In this document: positions 50,401-59,481 of the stretch, in pieces
Layout: each line of letters begins with the position of its first letter
Numbering within the stretch: the first letter of the stretch is position 1
Assembly: GCA_040220235.1 (NCBI GenBank)
Contig: JAVJTO010000044.1
From: Coleofasciculus sp. B1-GNL1-01
GTDB taxonomy: Bacteria; Cyanobacteriota; Cyanobacteriia; Cyanobacteriales; Coleofasciculaceae
Strand: one strand, 5' to 3'
Length of the DNA: 64,000 bases
Program-made: the position numbers and the translations under genes
Notes under the pieces: generated by a model
What the model was told of the DNA's origin: nothing
Database searches by the model: none
What the model saw: the letters and a program-made list of their open reading frames with translations, nothing else

Positions 50401-51551
50401 GAATGGTCTTGGGGAACCGAACAGTCTGAGGCTAAGGCTTGGGCGACAAGCTTTCCCGTACCATCGCCATGAGTTTGGTAAATCACCACCTGATCACAAG
50501 CCAACAATTGCTGCACTTGGCTTACGGTCGTGTTCAGAATCTGATTTAGATCTAAAGACTGACGAATCTGTTGCGCGATCGCACTGATTAACCGTTCTTG
50601 TTGAGCTTGCAAATGCACCGCAGCTTCAGCGCGTTTGCGTTCCTGAATTTCATGTTTTAAGTTGTCATTAGTACGCTGAAGTTCTTGGGTACGCTCAATG
50701 ACTCGTTGTTCTAACTCAGCATTCAAGCGATAGATTTGGGTTTCAGCTTGTTTGCGATCGCTAATATCGATCACTGTACCGATCATCCGCACCGCTTGAC
50801 CCATTTGGTTATAGATATATTTTCCCTTTCCCTCAATCCAGTGAATACTCCCATCTGACCACACTACCCGAAATTCATGATCATACTCATGTTGTTCTAA
50901 CCGAGAACGGTTCACCGCTTGCTTAACGGCTTCTCGGTCATCCGGATGAATACAAGCCTCAAACGTCTTGTATGTGCCATCATAAGTCCCTGGAGTCAAG
51001 CCAAACAGCAGTTCATGATACTCTGACCAACAAATCTGATTTGTCAACAGATTCCAGTCCCAAATTCCCATTTGAGCCGTATCGAGAGCCAGGTTGAGGC
51101 GTTCTTCACTTTGGCGCAACTCGGCTTCTACCTGTTTGCGTTCGGTAATATCTCGCAAAATGGATAAATGGCGATGGGGGATCACATTAGCGGTTGCTGA
51201 ATATTCCGTCTCCCGGATTGTCCCATCCCGGCACCGGAGACGAAACTCCCCCTTTACGTGTCCCTGTTCCAGAAAAATACGCCACGCCTCTTGGAAATCA
51301 AACTCCAAGTCAGCAAAGTCTGAGATGCGGCATCCTAAGAGTTCCTCACGAGATACACCAAATAGGCGACAAGCCGCTGGATTGACCTCAACATACTGTC
51401 CTTGATCATCCGCGATCGCCATGGCGTCGAGTGCTTGATTAAACAGTGCCTGAAATAGCGATAAAGAGTGACTGTCACTGTGGCTATACATAGCGTATAC
51501 TATTGATTGACTCTCATCAGTTGGGATGTGATGTGAACAACCGCTGCTCAT
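47478..51551 (-). CDS. Multi-PAS / GAF hybrid histidine kinase with C-terminal REC
   Basis: About 5 PAS/PAC units, a CBCR-like GAF, SHELRTPL, NAVKFT, GTGLGL and a REC domain. Confidence 0.93.
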   Translation of the reverse strand: MSSGCSHHIPTDESQSIVYAMYSHSDSHSLSLFQALFNQALDAMAIADDQGQYVEVNPAACRLFGVSREELLGCRISDFADLEFDFQEAWRIFLEQGHVKGEFRLRCRDGTIRETEYSATANVIPHRHLSILRDITERKQVEAELRQSEERLNLALDTAQMGIWDWNLLTNQICWSEYHELLFGLTPGTYDGTYKTFEACIHPDDREAVKQAVNRSRLEQHEYDHEFRVVWSDGSIHWIEGKGKYIYNQMGQAVRMIGTVIDISDRKQAETQIYRLNAELEQRVIERTQELQRTNDNLKHEIQERKRAEAAVHLQAQQERLISAIAQQIRQSLDLNQILNTTVSQVQQLLACDQVVIYQTHGDGTGKLVAQALASDCSVPQDHSLPDLIFPPACHQFYCCGGIHTIADVERDDIGYCLADTVRQFGVKSKLVMPILENETLWGLLIAHHYTTRKWQPWEAELLCSLTTQVTIAIQQAQLYSQLQAELRERQHIQQERDRLFNLSLDILAIANFEGYFIDVNPALEKTLGFTSETLTTQPFIQWVHPEDRLATQAQMKKLASGITVKSFENRYRCQDGSYKWLSWTGVPFLEEQLIYVVAHDITERKQAEQALQESEQRFRTVADFTYDWEYWRDPDGSFIYVSPSCQRITGYQAEEFLNNPRLFEAIVHPDDRQRIAEHIRQQLDNPHIYSTDFRIITRTGSIRWIAHACQPVYSEDGRWLGQRASNRDISDRKQAEEALYYREQQFRALVENSPDIVARFDHQLRHLYVNPAIEQVTKCSPQTFIGKTNGELGMPPDKVQFWDEALRSVLTTGQEQLIEFDFATSKGMKFFHSRIVPEFNADGTIRSVLSVTRDITAHKQIEVALQHAKDAAEVANRAKSEFLATMSHELRTPLNGILGYAKLLQNDTNLTETQRESLTIVYQCGEHLLTLINDILDFSKIESQKLELNPTEFHLPTFLSSIGSLFRLRASQKEIDFTYQLLSPLPQTVIADEKRLRQVLINLLSNAVKFTDQGSVTFTVGDVDIEVNEEDGEDQSKSSSRKRRNNTSPTRRIRFQVEDTGIGIDPQQLSEIFLPFHQVSDLTHAVEGTGLGLAISQKLVQLMGSTIQVSSTLGQGSIFWFDLELSDVSGGQASNPLSDRRLIGVKGQQQTLLIVDDNAINRSFLQELLKPFDLNIFEAVDGQDCLQKAVEIQPDLILMDLIMPGLDGLTATRRLRQLPQLEKTVIIAISANVFETTQQESLAAGCQDFLSKPVPIQQLLELLIVHLGVEGIYEEPRDSKTGKLETNTIPLVPPPASELAILSELLVMGDIQGMIDQAQHWENVNSQWIPFAKQIHHLARGFQLKKIEQLINQYTS

Positions 51552-52134
51552 CCTATTGACTACAGCACCATCACCCTACATATCGGATAAGGTCTAATTG
51601 AGTTGATTTCAAACGTTGGTAGAAAAATACTCCCCAAAAAATGATTCAGTCGGTAAAGACAAAAAATTGGGGGTGTCCAGTCCTCGTTTCCCTGCTCCCT
51701 TATGTCTCCCTAGTGCAAGAGCGAATTTATCTCCCCGGTGTCCCCAGCTTGAACAGCTAGCTACAATGGTGAGAGTTTTCCTCGATTTGAGGGAAAACAA
51801 ACCCTTATTTGTAATCTACTATACAGTAACTTAGCAACGTATGAATTCAGTCTTGCACCATCCCCAGGCAAGTCGATTTATATAGGATGGGCAAGGGTGG
51901 TCAGGATTAAAACGTTTGTACTATAGGCTGGGTTTGGCTAATCACAGTCACATTCTCATCCAAGGAATCCCCAGTGTGGGAACACAACAGGCGCTATCGA
52001 GTAAAATTTTACTGAAAAACTTTTCCCTTGGACTTTGAGAGCAGGTGATCGCGCAAAACTGCCACACATCCAGCGTGTTCTACTTAGTCTCAAGTCCAGA
52101 TGGTGAATAGCAAACTCTGAGGGTTGACGGATTG

Positions 52135-52809
52135 ATGATCAGCAAAGACTTACCAAAGCCAGAGAAGATGAAGATCCTTGTCGTTGAAGACCACGAATTA
52201 ACCATGGGTGGCACAATCGAGGTGTTGCAACGGCAATACCCAGAGGCTCAAATCCGAACCGCTCAAACGCAACAAAGTACTCTGGAGCAAGTGGAAACAT
52301 TTCAGCCTGACCTGGTTATTATGGATCTTTCTATTCCAGAAGTCTCTGGAAAGACAGCTAAAACTGAGACGGGCATTAAACTCCTGCGGACAGTGATGCA
52401 TCAGTACCCCGATCTCAATCTCGTCGTGTTAAGTACCTATGTCAATGCCTTGGTGCGGATTAACCATGAAATTGACGAGCATAAAGGGGGTTTCACCGTG
52501 GTTGATAAAGGTTTCTCCAGTCAGGATATGTTAACCCGAGTTGATTGGGCATTCCAGGGATTAACCCATACCAAAGACCTAAATATGCCAGGAGGAGAAG
52601 TCAAGCCAGAGTGGCTGGAGGTACTCATCCTAGCATTTCAAGAGGGATTGCAAGATAAGGCAATTGCTGAGCGGATGCAGATAACAACCCGAACCGTGCT
52701 TCACTACTGGACGAAGATTCGAGACGTTCTGGGTGTTTATCCGGAAGAGGGGAAGAATCTGCGAATTCAAACCGAGATGCGAGCGAGAGAAGAAGGGTTT
52801 ATTGATTGA
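52135..52809 (+). CDS. NarL/LuxR-type response regulator
   Basis: KILVVEDH, PDLVIMDL and C-terminal HTH GLQDKAIAERMQITTRTV. Confidence 0.88.
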   Translation: MISKDLPKPEKMKILVVEDHELTMGGTIEVLQRQYPEAQIRTAQTQQSTLEQVETFQPDLVIMDLSIPEVSGKTAKTETGIKLLRTVMHQYPDLNLVVLSTYVNALVRINHEIDEHKGGFTVVDKGFSSQDMLTRVDWAFQGLTHTKDLNMPGGEVKPEWLEVLILAFQEGLQDKAIAERMQITTRTVLHYWTKIRDVLGVYPEEGKNLRIQTEMRAREEGFID

Positions 52810-52832
52810 TCACTTAAGCAAGGAAGAAGCTG

Positions 52833-54773
52833 TTGCGGCGAAGTCTTTGGCAAAAAATAAAAAAGGAAATTGTCATCTGGCGTGGAGGATCACTGCCAGG
52901 AATTGTGGTGACTGGACTGGTAATACTCGCTCGTCTCAATGGTTCACTTCAAAGTCTAGAGTGGATAATGCTCGATACCTTCCTGCGTCTGCGTCCTGCT
53001 GAACCTATCGATGAACGGATCGTCATTATTGGAATTGATGAAGCGGATATCCAGGATGTAGGAAGCTATCCCATACCGGATCAAGAAATTGCCAGATTAT
53101 TTAGAACATTGCAAACCTACAAACCCAGAGCTATCGGTCTTGATATCGTTCGGGATTTACCAGTTAATCCGGGTCACGATGAACGGGTTGCGGTTTTTGA
53201 GGAGTTCAAAAATATTATTGGGATTGAAAAAGTATTACCCGTTCAAATTGCGCCACTTCAAATTGCACCACCTCCCGAATTACCCCCTAAGCAAGTTGGT
53301 TTTTCAGATACTATTCTCGATAAAGATGGTAAGATCAGGCGCTCTCTTCTAGTAACGCCTACTTCCCCAGGATACCAGTTTTCTTTATCTCTGCGTCTGG
53401 CAGAAATTTATTTAGCCTCTGAAGGCATTTCTCCAGAAAATGACATTCATGATCCTCATGCGATCAGGTTTGGTTCAACGACACTCCCTCGCTTTTTGCC
53501 CAATTCCGGTGGATATGTGGGAACGGATGCAGGGGGGGTTCAAGTCTTGCTTAATTTTCGGAGTGGTCGAGAACGGTTTCGGACTCTCTCACTTAATCAG
53601 ATCAAAACCGGGAATTTTAATCCCAGTTGGATTCGCGATCGCATTGTTATTGTTGGTATAACAGCTCCCAGCGTCAAAGATATCGTCAAGACTTCTGCCA
53701 TTACCAATCTCAATCCTCCTGGGCAGATTTATGGCGTGGAATTTCATGCTCATTCTACGAGTCAAATTCTCAGTGCTGTTCTGGATGGGCGATCGCTGTT
53801 AAGGACTTGGTCAGATGGGTGGGAATATTTATGGATTTTAGGTTGGGGTTTTGTCGCAATTAGTCTGGGGCGGCTGACTCAATCCCCTTGGAAAAGTCTG
53901 TTTGGTTTTGGCATTGTTAGCCTGGGGATCGTTGGAATTGGTTATGTGTTTCTAGCTTGGGGGTGGTGGATTACCGTAGCACCTGTTTTATTAATTTTGA
54001 CCCTCAATGGTTTAGGACTGAGTGCTTTTGCCTTTTATCAACATGACCAAGTTTTGAGGTCTGAGATTTACGTTCGCCAAGGCACTATTGAACACACATT
54101 TAATGTCATTCATAATGGTCCTTTGCAAACACTGGCTAATGTTTTGAGGGATATTCGAGAAGACTCACCACAAAACCCCTTTCTCTCAGAATTAGAGAAT
54201 CTTAACCAGGAAATTCGGGGAGTTGGTGAATACCTGCAACGAGAAGCTCTCACTCAAGAAGAAAGCCTTCTCCTAGGAAGCGGCTTCAAACTCGACTTAA
54301 AGCTGCCAATTCACGAACTGTTCTATAAAGTCTATAGGGAGACGCTTCAGCGAGATAACTTTCCCAACTTTAAGACTCTCAAGGTTAAAGTCCGCACATT
54401 TGCTCCAATTGAGTCTCAATCCCTGAGCCTTGAGCAAAAGCGGGAACTCTGCCAGTTTCTCGAAGAGGCGCTGTGCAATGTGGGAAAACATGCCAAAGGA
54501 GTAACTCGCCTCAGTGCTATTGGCAAGCCCAATCAGGGCTGGTACAGTTTGAGTATTAAAGATAACGGCTCCGGCATCTGTTCATCCTCTGAAAACCGAG
54601 GGACAAAGCAATGTAAAAATCTGGCGAAACAACTAGGGGGGACATTTAAGCGAGAGCCTCTTTCTCCCCGAGGAACTCTATGCGAGTTAACCTGGCCCCT
54701 CGTAAGTCGGTACTGGAACCTGGGTAAAGTTGGAGATAGCGTTAAATCCTTTTTCTTGAGAAAAATAAGATGA
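52833..54773 (+). CDS. CHASE2 domain sensor histidine kinase
   Basis: RIVIIGIDEADI, PRAIGLDI, GVEFHA, three TM helices, IHNGPLQ, EEALCNVGKHA and DNGSG. Confidence 0.9.
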   Translation: MRRSLWQKIKKEIVIWRGGSLPGIVVTGLVILARLNGSLQSLEWIMLDTFLRLRPAEPIDERIVIIGIDEADIQDVGSYPIPDQEIARLFRTLQTYKPRAIGLDIVRDLPVNPGHDERVAVFEEFKNIIGIEKVLPVQIAPLQIAPPPELPPKQVGFSDTILDKDGKIRRSLLVTPTSPGYQFSLSLRLAEIYLASEGISPENDIHDPHAIRFGSTTLPRFLPNSGGYVGTDAGGVQVLLNFRSGRERFRTLSLNQIKTGNFNPSWIRDRIVIVGITAPSVKDIVKTSAITNLNPPGQIYGVEFHAHSTSQILSAVLDGRSLLRTWSDGWEYLWILGWGFVAISLGRLTQSPWKSLFGFGIVSLGIVGIGYVFLAWGWWITVAPVLLILTLNGLGLSAFAFYQHDQVLRSEIYVRQGTIEHTFNVIHNGPLQTLANVLRDIREDSPQNPFLSELENLNQEIRGVGEYLQREALTQEESLLLGSGFKLDLKLPIHELFYKVYRETLQRDNFPNFKTLKVKVRTFAPIESQSLSLEQKRELCQFLEEALCNVGKHAKGVTRLSAIGKPNQGWYSLSIKDNGSGICSSSENRGTKQCKNLAKQLGGTFKREPLSPRGTLCELTWPLVSRYWNLGKVGDSVKSFFLRKIR

Positions 54774-54951
54774 TTCGTTTAGCTGCGAAACCGTAGGGGC
54801 GCACCGACGTGCGCCCGATTCAATGGTAAAATCTATTCCAAAATTTTAGCTGTGTCAGTCCGCCATAGTGGGTTTGGCGATAGCCGTAACCCGCCAACAT
54901 CCAGGAATGGATTGTGTTACAGTTTAACCCAAATTGCTAGCACCAGAGATT

Positions 54952-55701
54952 ATGAAAACTAAAACCCTGGAATTTCTGAGCAACCCCATCAACACTAGAC
55001 TGGTAACTAGCTGTGTTTTAGGCTTATCGCTGGTCATAACTCCGGCGGCTCTAGCTAATTATGTACCCCCTGCTGATCAGGAGCCTCCAAGTGACTATAC
55101 AGGACAAGCAGGTCCCAGAGGTGGGTGTGAAGGTAAAGGGATACCCCTAACAGCCCTAGCGCCTCAGAGTCATGTTGGACAAACAGCTTCAACTCGCCCG
55201 ACTTTTGCTTGGTTTGTTCCTGACTCGACCACCAAACCGATGGAATTTAGGCTCTTTGAATATGACTCGAACGGTAACCTCCAATTAATCGGTGAGCCAA
55301 TTTTATGGGAGAGTTCGCCAGGGATTATGACATTGCCCTTGCCAGAGGACAGACCAAAACTTAAAGTAGGCCACACTTATCTTTGGCAAGTCACCATCTT
55401 ATGTGACCCAGATAACGCATCGAGTGATTTGATTGCTACGGCAGATATTAAGGTTGTAGAGATGCCTTCGGCTTTGGAAGGTATGTTTGTCGATAGCTCA
55501 AACAAATCCGATTTCTATGCCAAGGCAAGTTTATGGTACGACGCTTTAGGTGAAGCGCTCAAGTTGGCTGACAAATCCAGGCTGGGAAAGGTGGGTTCAA
55601 CCTTGCTAGAGGACCTAGCTGAATTAGAGGCAGCAGAACTAATTGACGAGGAGTATGAACGGATTGAGAACTTAAGCCAAATCGCCAGTAACCTGTGGTA
55701 A
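54952..55701 (+). CDS. DUF928 domain protein
   Basis: GPRGGC, LTALAP...GQT...PTFAWFVP, YLWQV..C and LWYDAL motifs. Confidence 0.85.
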   Translation: MKTKTLEFLSNPINTRLVTSCVLGLSLVITPAALANYVPPADQEPPSDYTGQAGPRGGCEGKGIPLTALAPQSHVGQTASTRPTFAWFVPDSTTKPMEFRLFEYDSNGNLQLIGEPILWESSPGIMTLPLPEDRPKLKVGHTYLWQVTILCDPDNASSDLIATADIKVVEMPSALEGMFVDSSNKSDFYAKASLWYDALGEALKLADKSRLGKVGSTLLEDLAELEAAELIDEEYERIENLSQIASNLW

Positions 55702-55868
55702 TTGGGGCTTGCTGCACAAAACCGAAACCATTAGCTATCAAGGCTTGGAGTGGCATTAATATTTGCTCTAGTCTAGAAACTATTGTAGAGACGCGCCATG
55801 GCGCGTCTGGGCGGGTTTAGTCACATCTGGATGTAACTCACCTCACAACTCCCGACAGCAACCCTTAG

Positions 55869-58538
55869 TTAAAGCCAATTGCCGATGAGGATAAACGGTG
55901 CCCAGTAGGCGGGGTGGGCATATTGGTCATTAATTTCTTCTGTGTCCTTCGCCTCAATCAGTTTTCGCTGAGCTGCACGTAAAGCCTCGGCTTTGCTCAC
56001 GCCGGGACGGCGCAAGTTGGCATAAAACTCTGTCACCAACTCGGCTGTGGAGGCATCATTGACAAACCAAAGGGAAGCTAAGGCACTGCTGACACCGGCT
56101 TGCACGGCAATGCCAGCTAAACCCAGAGCAGCTCGGTCATCTCCGACTGCTGTTTGACAAGCTGTGAGGGCAAGCAAGTCGCCGGAGTCGGGTTTACGAC
56201 TAACGCGGCTGATGATGTTTTCTAGATCATTGAGGGTGAGTTTGTCGTTATTGCCAGTGACGAGAAAGGTGTCCTCTCGAATCGCACTAAACTGACCGTG
56301 GGTGGCGATGTGAAGAATTGGGTAAACGGTTTGACTCAGTTCTTTTTCCATGCTCTCTTGGATAAAATCCTCATTCAAGAGTGTTTTGCTACCGGGAAAT
56401 TGAGTCTCGATTTCCTTGAGTTCAGTTTTAACATTGGTCAACGCTGAAAACGTTTGCCCATTGACTTCACTTTCTTGGGTTAAACCTAAGGCTAAAACGC
56501 GAAGGTTTTGACGGTTCAAAGCTTGCGGATTGGTCAGGTTAAGACTGGGGGTTGTGGCAATGGCATAGTTTTCCACCAAGAATTTCTCACCGTCGTGAAG
56601 GGCAGCCATTGGGATGCTGCGTAAGATGCCATCCTGGATGAAAACGAGAGTGTCTATCGGTGCTGAGTTTAAATCATTGGCAAAAGGGGCAATAATCCTG
56701 TTGTACAGCTCCTGGGCTGGTTTTGGGTTATAGATAATGTCACGTCTGCGCTCTAGTCCCCGGCGAAATTGGTTAATGTCTTCCCGAAGCTTCTGACTAT
56801 CAACGTCGATCCACTTCAGCCGCTTTTCACCGTTGGGAAGACTGACCAGAATCGCGGTGCGATCGCTTAAAATAATCGAGCTAAAGACAGCGGTGTTTTC
56901 CCCAACCAGTTCGTCAACCCGTTCCTGACTGATGAGTGTTAAGGCACAATCATTCCCGAAGTAATTTTGCAGTTCTGCGAGTTTTAGGGAATCAATGGTT
57001 TCGAGGGCAGAGTCTAGTTCCTTTTTATAATCTTGACTATCTCTTGGTTTCAAAACAGCACGCTCTAACCTTAACTGAGCCAACTCCCGGTGGAGAGGAT
57101 TAATCGCATCCCGAAAGTCAAACTGTAAGTCTCGCTCGGCAATCAGAAGCTCATTTCGGATATCGTTGAGTGTCGCGATCGCTTGTTCATAAGCTTTGAG
57201 AGCCTCAGTTTCATTCCCTTGGGCGTTGAAGATGCGTCCTGCCTGCCACTCCCACAAATACAGACTATCTTTAGCCGATTGATTGTTGTCCGCCACCCAC
57301 TGTGCCTTGCGAGTGAATTCTTGGGCGTTCTTATAGTCTTGGCGGCATTCATAGAGATGACCCAATTCACCCAAGGCAAATGACTCGGAACGGGAGTCCT
57401 GAAGACGTTGAGCAATTGAGACGGCTTGATTGAGGAGTTCTTCTGCCTGTCCTTCTAGCAGACGCTTACCGCAGGGACTAACTGGGGTCATTGGCTGCTC
57501 CAGTTTAGCTAATTCGATGGCGGCATAGACTTTATCTTGAGAATCCGGTAGCTGCTTGAGTAAGTCCTGAGCTTGTTTGAGGGTTGTTGCTGCGTTGTTT
57601 GCGGCGTTGGGTAAGGTTGATTCTTTCGGGCGGTAATAAAGTTTAATTAAATTGCGTAACACCCGCATTTGAGCAAATTGGTCGTTTTGAGCAAGTTGGA
57701 GACTCTGTTGAAAATGGGTTTGAGCTTGCTGGTAATATTCAATCGCCTCTTGTCGAAATTCTGATGCCTTAGTGTTAGCACCGCGTTGCTGGGCGGAGTT
57801 GGCATAACCCTCTGTGAGTTGAGCTTGAGCCATGTAGACGTTGCCTATATTGTTTAGAGTAGAAGCGGCAGAGGCTGGGTGATTAAGCTCTTGGGCAATT
57901 TTTAAGCTCCTGTTTAAATGGGCGATCGCTTGGTCGTAATCCCCTCTGAGGCGATAGGCTTCTCCTAGACTCCCGTGGGCGGCTATTTCTCCGTCTCGAT
58001 CGTGATGCGCTTGGGCAATTTGCACAGCACTGCCTTCAGGGCAACTCTCCTGTTGGCGAGAATCAGGGACGCCACATAAAAGCGCGATCGCTTTTCTGGC
58101 TTGTCCAAAGCGGCTGTAGGCTTGAGCCAGTTCGGTTTTCGTTCGCCCTATTTGCTGCCAGTCACCTAGTTTTTGATAGTCAGCCATGGCTTGTTGCCAA
58201 TAGCTGATTGCCTGCTCAATGTGACCGATTTTTTGATAGGTTCTTGCTAGGTTTTCCCGGATAATGGCGGCGTTGGCGCGATTATTGGTCCTTTGGTAGA
58301 GTTCTAAGGCGTTTTGCCAGGGTTCAATCGCCCCTTGATAATCTCCTGTCCGGTAGGACTCAACCCCTTGTTGCACGAGTTGACTGGCATTGCCAGATTG
58401 GGTTGTTGCTACATTTCCCGGTGCAGCCGGTTGAGCAATGGAGGGAAGATGACCGAGCCATAGGGAAAGGGTAAGGCTACTGAGAAAGAGAAATCCTAAA
58501 AGGCGATGGACGCTGGTTTGATGATGTTGACTGGGCAT
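55869..58538 (-). CDS. TPR + CHAT (caspase-like) domain protein
   Basis: TPR repeats, HIATHGQF and LTACQTA (His-Cys dyad), LASLW.V.D and HPAYWAPFILIGNWL. Confidence 0.93.
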   Translation of the reverse strand: MPSQHHQTSVHRLLGFLFLSSLTLSLWLGHLPSIAQPAAPGNVATTQSGNASQLVQQGVESYRTGDYQGAIEPWQNALELYQRTNNRANAAIIRENLARTYQKIGHIEQAISYWQQAMADYQKLGDWQQIGRTKTELAQAYSRFGQARKAIALLCGVPDSRQQESCPEGSAVQIAQAHHDRDGEIAAHGSLGEAYRLRGDYDQAIAHLNRSLKIAQELNHPASAASTLNNIGNVYMAQAQLTEGYANSAQQRGANTKASEFRQEAIEYYQQAQTHFQQSLQLAQNDQFAQMRVLRNLIKLYYRPKESTLPNAANNAATTLKQAQDLLKQLPDSQDKVYAAIELAKLEQPMTPVSPCGKRLLEGQAEELLNQAVSIAQRLQDSRSESFALGELGHLYECRQDYKNAQEFTRKAQWVADNNQSAKDSLYLWEWQAGRIFNAQGNETEALKAYEQAIATLNDIRNELLIAERDLQFDFRDAINPLHRELAQLRLERAVLKPRDSQDYKKELDSALETIDSLKLAELQNYFGNDCALTLISQERVDELVGENTAVFSSIILSDRTAILVSLPNGEKRLKWIDVDSQKLREDINQFRRGLERRRDIIYNPKPAQELYNRIIAPFANDLNSAPIDTLVFIQDGILRSIPMAALHDGEKFLVENYAIATTPSLNLTNPQALNRQNLRVLALGLTQESEVNGQTFSALTNVKTELKEIETQFPGSKTLLNEDFIQESMEKELSQTVYPILHIATHGQFSAIREDTFLVTGNNDKLTLNDLENIISRVSRKPDSGDLLALTACQTAVGDDRAALGLAGIAVQAGVSSALASLWFVNDASTAELVTEFYANLRRPGVSKAEALRAAQRKLIEAKDTEEINDQYAHPAYWAPFILIGNWL

Positions 58539-58558
58539 TTAATAGAACCCTCCAGTGC

Positions 58559-58654
58559 TACAGCACTTTCTAACACGGTGTAGTACAGTAACGATGAGAC
58601 AGTGCTTTTCTACTCTTGGAAATGGTGTATCACATTGAGTCTGAAAACGCTGTA
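58559..58654. mobile_element. Short MITE-like element
   Basis: Imperfect terminal inverted repeats TACAGCACTTTC...GAAAACGCTGTA. Confidence 0.45.
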
Positions 58655-58698
58655 AATACCTGGACACAAATCTTGCACTGATTTGTCGTGTGGCTGTA

Positions 58699-59085
58699 TC
58701 AACCTTTTGCGTCTTGCAACTGCTGCGGAACCCGAATTTCTGGTAAGGGTTCTAGGGGGGTGGAGACGGGGGAGTATTGGCAGTAGCAGATGACAATAGA
58801 GTCAAAATCAACGCCAGGGATTTTTGATTCATACTCCTCAACCCGGATTACTTGCCAATCTCCCACTCGGCTGTGGGTGCTAGCAGCCAAGAAATGTTCT
58901 TTGGCAAATTTTTCAATCCGATGGTACTCTCTAAGTCTGTAACCTGGGGTAGGAGAGGACTGACCAGAAGAGTCAAAGTGTTCGGCAAGAATATCGGTGA
59001 TTGCGCCTGTATGTGCCAGTATCCTGTTTTCGGCTCCCTGCTCCTCACTCCAGTCTGCACGAAAGATGATGTACTTTCTACCCAT
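58699..59085 (-). CDS. Hypothetical protein (module gene B, copy 2), 128 aa
   Basis: Homologous to 12374..12760; GGAGGA RBS within the end of gene A. Confidence 0.8.
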   Translation of the reverse strand: MGRKYIIFRADWSEEQGAENRILAHTGAITDILAEHFDSSGQSSPTPGYRLREYHRIEKFAKEHFLAASTHSRVGDWQVIRVEEYESKIPGVDFDSIVICYCQYSPVSTPLEPLPEIRVPQQLQDAKG

Positions 59086-59088
59086 TGA

Positions 59089-59310
59089 TTAGTCCTCCAT
59101 CATGTAATTCGGAAATTCGGTTTGACCCTCAAACACACAATTGTATTTCAGGGTTTTGTCTCCAGTTGGCTCTATTCGCAGCAATGTCCACCTGTATTTC
59201 TCCTCCATTTCGTAGCACCGCTTGCGTTCGGCTACAGCGTGACGAGATTCGGGCTGTTCGTTGCGATTGGTTGGGTTACCAGCCGAAGGGCGATCGCTTG
59301 AATCCGTCAT
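59089..59310 (-). CDS. Small hypothetical protein (module gene A, copy 2), 73 aa
   Basis: Homologous to 12172..12381; start at MTDSSD is inferred. Confidence 0.75.
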   Translation of the reverse strand: MTDSSDRPSAGNPTNRNEQPESRHAVAERKRCYEMEEKYRWTLLRIEPTGDKTLKYNCVFEGQTEFPNYMMED

Positions 59311-59481
59311 GATGTGATTCTCGTTTCCCGAAATATGACCTGAAACTATGCTTATGTACCTGCTGGTCAGTATAATTGTACAATTATTCACCTGACTCCT
59401 CCTGTTTTTATTTTCGGAAAATTTTGATGGCATGAATTGCCGTGAGCGCTCAAGTGAGCTGTCCCAAAGGAGATAAAGCCC

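Noticed and set aside
51810..51825. NtcA-like site TGTA-N8-TACA
   Set aside because: About one such match is expected by chance in 64 kb, and no properly spaced -10 element was seen.
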